DNA from: Acidobacteriota bacterium
Lineage (GTDB): Bacteria; Acidobacteriota; Thermoanaerobaculia; Gp7-AA8
Length of the DNA stretch: 64,000 nucleotides
Assembly (NCBI GenBank): GCA_019244185.1
Contig: JAFATB010000014.1
Span: 288,001 to 352,000 of the forward strand
Direction: 5' to 3'
In this document: positions 58,237-64,000 of the stretch, in pieces
How the letters are laid out: every line of letters begins with the position of its first letter
Position numbering within the stretch: position 1 is the first letter of the stretch
Translations under genes and position numbers: made by a program
Notes under the pieces: model-generated
Database searches by the model: none
The model's input: only the letters and a program-made list of their open reading frames with translations
Told to the model about the DNA's origin: nothing

Positions 58237-59303
58237 GAAATCCGCCGGCGCGGCAGATAGCGCAGGAAGAGCAGCACGAGCAGCGCGAGCGCGCCGGAGC
58301 CATAGCCGACCCACTTCGTTTCGCCGACGACGGTCAGCACCGCCGACGCCGCGAAGAGCACGGTGATCAGCCAGATCGCGAAGATCGCTTTGCCGTCGCT
58401 GCCGTAGCGCTCGACGAGGATGTGGTGGATGTGCCGGCGATCCGCGGTGAAGACGCGGCTGAGGCGCGTGCCGAGCGTCGCCTTTCCGGTGAAGCGCTGC
58501 TGCATCACGATGAGCGTGTCGATCACCGGCAGCGCGAGCGCGAGGATCGGCCCGCCGATGATGAGCGCGGTGGGCGACTTGCTCGGACGCGCGATCGAAC
58601 CGGCGGCGAGCAGCAGGCCGATGAAGAGGCTTCCCGTGTCGCCCATGAAGATCTTCGCCGGCGGGCGGTTCCACGGATAGAAGCCGAGCAGCGCGCCGCT
58701 CAAGGCGATCATCACCACGAGCGAGAACGCGTCGTGGCGCAGCACGGCGATGATGCAGAAGGCGATGGCGATGGTGATCGACACGACCGTCGCCAGCGAG
58801 TCCATGCCGTCGATGAAGTTCATCGCGTTCATCACGCCGACGACCCAGAACATCGACAGCAGCGCGCCGAGAAGTCCCAGATGGATGACCGCGCCGGCGA
58901 CGGAGACGAACTCGAACTGGAAGCCGAAGGAGACGAGGATCAGCGCGGCGAGGAACTGCACGGCGAACTTCTTCTGCGCGTTCGTGCCGATGAGATCGTC
59001 GTACACGCCGAGGCCGACGATGAGCGAGCCGCCGGCGAGGACGGCAAACAGATACGTCAGATTCTTGGAGACGAGATCGGCGGCGCGCGGGTTCGCGGCG
59101 AGGAGCAGGAGCGGAAAGCCGAAGCCGAAAATGATGGCGATGCCGCCGAGGCGCGGCGTCGCGATCGGGTGGATCTTGCGGTCGCCGGGGACGTCGACCA
59201 GTCCGATGTGCTGCGCGGCCTGACGGACGATGGCGGTAGCCACGTACGAAGTCAGCGCGCTGCAGAGGAAGAGGAGGACGAGCGGCGCGTAATACTCGGT
59301 CAT
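58233..59303 (-). CDS. WecA/TagO/MraY-family undecaprenyl-phosphate sugar-1-phosphate transferase
   Basis: RKIH, PRLGG, YDD, NAMNFIDGMD, IFMGDTGS, HIHH. Confidence 0.93.
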   Translation of the reverse strand: MTEYYAPLVLLFLCSALTSYVATAIVRQAAQHIGLVDVPGDRKIHPIATPRLGGIAIIFGFGFPLLLLAANPRAADLVSKNLTYLFAVLAGGSLIVGLGVYDDLIGTNAQKKFAVQFLAALILVSFGFQFEFVSVAGAVIHLGLLGALLSMFWVVGVMNAMNFIDGMDSLATVVSITIAIAFCIIAVLRHDAFSLVVMIALSGALLGFYPWNRPPAKIFMGDTGSLFIGLLLAAGSIARPSKSPTALIIGGPILALALPVIDTLIVMQQRFTGKATLGTRLSRVFTADRRHIHHILVERYGSDGKAIFAIWLITVLFAASAVLTVVGETKWVGYGSGALALLVLLFLRYLPRRRIS

Positions 59304-59389
59304 CGCGCGGGGGAAGGATAGCAGAGGCTCGGAGCGCGTGGCCTCGTCATAGAATGCCCGCGACTTACGCGCACGAGGAGCTGATCCGC

Positions 59390-61093
59390 ATGGCCGAACT
59401 TCCGGGTATCGAACGCGAGACTCTCGACGTCGACGTGGTGATCGTCGGCGCCGGGCCGGCCGGTCTCGCGGCCGCTTACAAACTCGCCGAGCTGGTTCGC
59501 GCGCACAACGAGAGCGATGCGGAGAAGAAGCTCGAAGGGCTTTCCATCGCCATCCTCGAGAAGGGCAAGGAGATCGGCGCGCACGGGCTCTCCGGCGCGG
59601 TCATGGATCCGCGCGGCATCGCCGAGCTGATGCCGGACTGGCTCGAGCGCGGATGTCCCGTCGAGTCGCCGGTGAAGTCGGACGCGTTCTGGTATCTCCT
59701 CGAGAAGTCGAAGATCGTCGCGCCGGTCATGCCGCCGCCGCTGCAGAACCACGGCAACTACGTCGTCTCGTTGGGCGAGCTCTGTCGCTGGCTGGGACCG
59801 ATCGTCGGCGACATGGGCGTCGATCTCTTCCCCGAGTTCGCCGCGACGCGCGTGCTCGTCGAGAACGGCCGCGTCGTCGGCGTGCGCACGGGAGACAAGG
59901 GCATCGACAAGAACGGACAGCCGAAGCCCAACTTCGAGCCGGGCGTCGACATCCGCGCGAAGCTGACCATCCTCGCCGAAGGTCCGCGCGGCACGCTCGC
60001 CAAGCAGCTCGCGGGACTCTTCCATCTCTATGAAGGCAAGAACCCGCAGGTGTACTCGGTCGGCGTGAAGGAGCTCTGGCAACTGCCGGACGATCGCTAT
60101 CCCGCGGGTAGCGTCATTCACACGCTCGGCCATCCGCTCGACATGGACACGTTCGGCGGCGCCTTCATCTACGGGATGAAAGACCGCATCGTCGACATCG
60201 GACTCGTCGTCGGTCTCGATTACAAGAACCCGACGCTCGATCCGCACAACGAGCTGCAGCGCCTCAAGCTGCATCCATCGGTGCGCGCGATCCTCGAGGG
60301 CGGCAAGCTCATCGCCGCGGGCGCGAAGGCGATTCCGGAAGGCGGCTACTACTCGATGCCGCGCCTCTACGGCGACGGCTTCATGATCCTCGGCGACTCC
60401 GGCGGCTTCCTCAACGGCGCGCGCCTCAAAGGGATTCACCTCGCGTTCAAGTCGGGCATCCTCGCGGCCGAAGCGGCGTTCCACGCGCTCCTCGGCGACG
60501 ACTACTCCGCGAACCAGCTGCAGGAATACGAGACGCTCTTCGAGGCGTCGTGGGCGAAGGAAGAGCTGTGGAAGCAGCGCAACTTCCATCAGGCGTTCGA
60601 CAGCGGCCAGCTCGCCGGCATGATCAACGCGGGCCTCGGCATGGTGACGGGCGGACGCGGCTTCGGCGTCGCGAACCGCCTCGAAGGCCACGCGGGACAC
60701 GAGCGGATGGTGCGCATCAAACGCTACTTCGGCGCGGACGATCCGCATCCGCCGGCGAAAGTGAAGTACGACGGCCAGTACACGTTCGACAAGGTGACGA
60801 ACGTCTACAACGGCGGCGTGATCCACGAGGAGAATCAGCCGGCGCATCTGCTGATCCTCGACACCGAGGTGTGCATCACGCGCTGCACGGAAGAGTATGG
60901 AAATCCGTGCTTTCACTTCTGTCCCGCGAGCGTCTACGAGCCGAAACCGACGGCGGACGGGCGCGGCAAGGTGCCGTTCCTCAACTTCACGAACTGCTTT
61001 CACTGCAAGACCTGCGACATCATGGATCCGTATCAGGTGATCACCTGGGTGCCGCCGGAGGGCGGCGGCGGGCCGGATTACAAGAAGCTCTGA
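59390..61093 (+). CDS. ETF-ubiquinone oxidoreductase
   Basis: GAGPAG, IPEGG, KGIHLA, FCPASVYE, NCFHCKTCDI. Confidence 0.95.
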   Translation: MAELPGIERETLDVDVVIVGAGPAGLAAAYKLAELVRAHNESDAEKKLEGLSIAILEKGKEIGAHGLSGAVMDPRGIAELMPDWLERGCPVESPVKSDAFWYLLEKSKIVAPVMPPPLQNHGNYVVSLGELCRWLGPIVGDMGVDLFPEFAATRVLVENGRVVGVRTGDKGIDKNGQPKPNFEPGVDIRAKLTILAEGPRGTLAKQLAGLFHLYEGKNPQVYSVGVKELWQLPDDRYPAGSVIHTLGHPLDMDTFGGAFIYGMKDRIVDIGLVVGLDYKNPTLDPHNELQRLKLHPSVRAILEGGKLIAAGAKAIPEGGYYSMPRLYGDGFMILGDSGGFLNGARLKGIHLAFKSGILAAEAAFHALLGDDYSANQLQEYETLFEASWAKEELWKQRNFHQAFDSGQLAGMINAGLGMVTGGRGFGVANRLEGHAGHERMVRIKRYFGADDPHPPAKVKYDGQYTFDKVTNVYNGGVIHEENQPAHLLILDTEVCITRCTEEYGNPCFHFCPASVYEPKPTADGRGKVPFLNFTNCFHCKTCDIMDPYQVITWVPPEGGGGPDYKKL

Positions 61094-61112
61094 GCCCGAC
61101 GCCGCGCGATTG

Positions 61113-63461
61113 ATGCGCAACGTCATCCGCTACGCGATCGCGGTCGTGACGACGGCCGCGGCCATCGCGCTCACGCACGGTCTGGCGGCGTTCCTCGCGC
61201 CGATGCGGCTCTTCTTCCTGTGGGCGGCGGTGCTGACCACCGCGGTTGTGGCGGGCACCGGACCGGCGATCGTGTCGATCGTGATCTGCTGCTTCGCGGC
61301 GGCGTTCCTGATCCTGCCGCCGCTCGGCTCGTTCGCGGTGCACAGCATGCTCGACGCGGTGCGGCTCGCGCTCTTCGCCTCGTTCGCGACCGGCATCAGC
61401 ATCGCCGTCGGCGCGCGCCGACGCGCGGAACAGCGCGCGGCGGCGGCGAACGAACGGCTCGCGCGGAGCGAGCTGCGCTACCGCACGCTCGTCGAGTCGG
61501 CGCCGTCCGCGCAGGCGCTGTGGCGCGCGACGTCGGACGGCCGCATCGAATGGTCCGACGAATGGGGCGCGATCATCGGGCAGACGCGCGAGGAGTTCGA
61601 GGCCGGCGGCCGCGCGCGCGTCCTGCATCCGGACGACTCCGCGCGCACGATCGCGCTGTGGCGCGCGGCGCGCGACACCCGCACCGCCTACGAGGACGAG
61701 ATCCGCGTGCGCGTGGCGAACGGCCGCTATCGCTGGTTCACCATCAAAGCGGTGCCGGTGTTCGACGGCGCCGCTCTGCGCGAATGGATCGGCGTCACCG
61801 CCGACATCCACGAGCGCAAGCAGCACGAGGAGCACGCGGCGTTCATCAATCGCGCGACGGAGGTGCTGTCGGCGTCGCTCGATTACGAAGAGACGCTGCG
61901 CAGTTTCGCGCGGCTGTGCGTGCCCGCCCTCGGCGACTGGTGCGCGATCGACATCGTGCGCGACGCCGGACCGTACCAGCGCCTCGTCGTCGAGCACACC
62001 GATCCCGCGCGCGTCGAGCTCGCGTTCGAGCTGGACCGCCGTTTCCGTCCCGCGCCTCAGGTCGACCCGGTGACGCGCGCGCTCGCGAGCGGCAGGACGC
62101 AGTTCCTCGAGACGATCACGGATGCCGATCTCACTTCCATCGCGCGCGACGCCGAGCATCTCGCGCTCGCGCGCGGACTCGGGCTGCGCTCGTCGATCAT
62201 CGCGCCGATGATCGCGCGCGGGCGCACGTTCGGCGCGCTCGTGCTCGTCACGGGCGAGTCGGAGCGGCATTACGGTGAAGACGATGTGGCGTTCGTCGAA
62301 GACCTCGCGCGGCGCGCGGCGATGGCGCTCGACAACGCGCGCCTGTACGAGGCAGCCGAGGCGGGGAGCCGCGCGAAGGACGAATTCCTGGCGACCCTCT
62401 CGCACGAGCTGCGCACCCCGCTCACCGCGATCGCGGGCTGGGCGCACATGCTCCACCTCGGCCTCGCCGACGAGCAGTCGACGCGCACCGGCATCGAGAC
62501 GATCCTGCGCAGCGCGCGGCAGCAGGGAGAGCTCATCGACGATCTGCTCGATCTCGCGCGCGTGGCGTCCGGCACGCTGCACCTGCAGTTCGCGCCCGCG
62601 GACCTGCGCTCGATCGCGGGCGAAGTCGTCACGGCCGTGCGTCCGACTGCCGAGGCGAAGTCGCTCGCGCTGGCGTTCGACGCGGACGCGCCGGCGGTGC
62701 TCGTGCGCGGCGACGAGCGGCGCCTGCGCCAGATCGTCTGGAACCTCGTGTCGAATGCGGTGAAGTTCACGAAGAGCGGCGGCAGCGTGCGCGTGACGCT
62801 GACGACGCGCGACGGCCATGCGCGCGTCGACGTGACCGACAGCGGCCGCGGCGTCGATCCGGCGTTCCTGCCGTATGTCTGGGATCGTTTCCGGCAAGCC
62901 GACAGCAGCACGTCGCGCGAGTTCGGCGGCCTCGGGCTCGGCCTGTCCGTGGTGCGCCATCTCGTCGAGCTGCACGGCGGCACGGTGCACGCTTCGAGTC
63001 CCGGCATCGGAGGCGGCGCGACGTTCGGCTTCGAGGTGCCGCTGCTGCGCGACGGCGAAGAAGAGGCGAGCGCGCCGCGTGCGAAGGCGTTCGGCGAGCT
63101 GCTGCGCGGGCGTCGCGTGCTGGTCGTCGACGATGATGACGACGCGCGGGTCGTCATCGCGAAGATGCTCGAACAGGCCGGCGCGGCGACGACGCCGGCG
63201 AGCTCCGCCGCGGCGGCGATGGAGGCGGTGCGTCGCGAGCGCTTCGACGTGATCGTCAGCGACATCGCCATGCCGGGCGAAGACGGGTACGCGTTCGTGC
63301 GGCGCGTCGGAACGGTGGCGCGCGTGCCGGTGATCGCGGTGTCGGCCATCGCGACCGGCGACGACGACCGCCGCCGCGCGCTCGACGCCGGCTTCGCCGA
63401 GTTCCTCCGCAAGCCGGTCGATCCGCAGCAGCTCGCCGCCGCGGTGGCGCGCTGTCTTTGA
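61113..63461 (+). CDS. Hybrid sensor histidine kinase (TM sensor, PAS, GAF, HisKA, HATPase, REC)
   Basis: SHELRTPL, NAVKF, GLGLGL, VVDD, SDIAMP, KP. Confidence 0.95.
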   Translation: MRNVIRYAIAVVTTAAAIALTHGLAAFLAPMRLFFLWAAVLTTAVVAGTGPAIVSIVICCFAAAFLILPPLGSFAVHSMLDAVRLALFASFATGISIAVGARRRAEQRAAAANERLARSELRYRTLVESAPSAQALWRATSDGRIEWSDEWGAIIGQTREEFEAGGRARVLHPDDSARTIALWRAARDTRTAYEDEIRVRVANGRYRWFTIKAVPVFDGAALREWIGVTADIHERKQHEEHAAFINRATEVLSASLDYEETLRSFARLCVPALGDWCAIDIVRDAGPYQRLVVEHTDPARVELAFELDRRFRPAPQVDPVTRALASGRTQFLETITDADLTSIARDAEHLALARGLGLRSSIIAPMIARGRTFGALVLVTGESERHYGEDDVAFVEDLARRAAMALDNARLYEAAEAGSRAKDEFLATLSHELRTPLTAIAGWAHMLHLGLADEQSTRTGIETILRSARQQGELIDDLLDLARVASGTLHLQFAPADLRSIAGEVVTAVRPTAEAKSLALAFDADAPAVLVRGDERRLRQIVWNLVSNAVKFTKSGGSVRVTLTTRDGHARVDVTDSGRGVDPAFLPYVWDRFRQADSSTSREFGGLGLGLSVVRHLVELHGGTVHASSPGIGGGATFGFEVPLLRDGEEEASAPRAKAFGELLRGRRVLVVDDDDDARVVIAKMLEQAGAATTPASSAAAAMEAVRRERFDVIVSDIAMPGEDGYAFVRRVGTVARVPVIAVSAIATGDDDRRRALDAGFAEFLRKPVDPQQLAAAVARCL

Positions 63462-63621
63462 GGAACCTCTGCACGAGTCGGAGCCGTGCCGTTGCGGCGG
63501 CGCTGCGCCGTCTGCCGCGCCGTCGCTCCTCAGCGATATCCCGCATCGCCTCGTCGCGACGACTCGCATCCGTCACAGCGGCGCCCGCAACGGCATGGCT
63601 CCGACTCGTGCAGAAGTTCCT
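63461..63621. mobile_element. 161-bp MITE-like element with long terminal inverted repeats
   Basis: AGGAACCTCTGCACGAGTCGGAGCCGTGCCGTTGCGG pairs with CCGCAACGGCATGGCTCCGACTCGTGCAGAAGTTCCT (35/37). Confidence 0.7.
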
Positions 63622-63679
63622 AAAATAAGCCGGGCACGGAATTCGTTACCTCGTCGACCTGCGCGACGTAAACATCACG

Positions 63680-64000
63680 ATGGCCAGCGAAGCATTGCCG
63701 ATCTCCCGCTCTCTCGACCGCATCGCCGCGTTGCAGGCGAACGTCGAGCGCGTCATCCGCGGCAAGTCCGAGGTCGTGCAGTTCTGCATCGCGGCGCTGC
63801 TGGCGAAGGGCCACATCCTGCTCGAGGACGTGCCCGGCGTCGGCAAGACCACGCTCGCGCACGCGCTGGCGCGCTCGCTGTCGCTCGAGTTTCAGCGCGT
63901 GCAGTTCACGAGCGACCTCCTGCCGGCGGACATCGTCGGCGTGACGATCTACAACCAGGACCAGCAGGAGTTCGAGTTCGTCAGCGGGCCGATCTTCACG
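63680..64000 (+). CDS. MoxR family AAA+ ATPase (partial)
   Basis: GHILLEDVPGVGKT, RVQFTSDLLPAD. Confidence 0.93.
   Translation, partial: MASEALPISRSLDRIAALQANVERVIRGKSEVVQFCIAALLAKGHILLEDVPGVGKTTLAHALARSLSLEFQRVQFTSDLLPADIVGVTIYNQDQQEFEFVSGPIFT

Overview
A high-GC (about 70% by eye) bacterial chromosomal window. Gene content and order (Oar-type TonB receptor, Hfq-like paralog, surE-pcm-acyP-apt, ETF/ETF-QO) suggest Acidobacteriota, possibly Thermoanaerobaculia; this is inference. It holds housekeeping genes (tpiA-secG-tRNA-Leu, accC plus biotin carrier, queD, apt, acyP, pcm, surE, pdxA, etfBA, ETF-QO, moxR), an ECF sigma/anti-sigma/TonB receptor module, a GntR/serine hydrolase pair with a palindromic operator, and a large Wza/Wzc-dependent polysaccharide region (about 30.7-59.3 kb) with many glycosyltransferases and a carbamoyltransferase. 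Two solitary enzyme genes are broken: a PL1 pectate lyase-like gene (in-frame TAG) and a repeat/PI-PLC gene (in-frame TGA plus a frameshift). The most unusual unexplained signal is a non-coding, indel-free degenerate 64-bp tandem array (about 4.3 units, 38225-38497) directly upstream of an orphan all-helical protein. Other signals: a receptor with both a pseudokinase and a pseudo-cyclase domain, a kinase/DUF3037/YaeQ trio, an ops-like element before wza, a 161-bp MITE-like element, and many apparently leaderless genes. No CRISPR array, transposase, integrase or rRNA was seen. All annotations were made by eye, without database searches.
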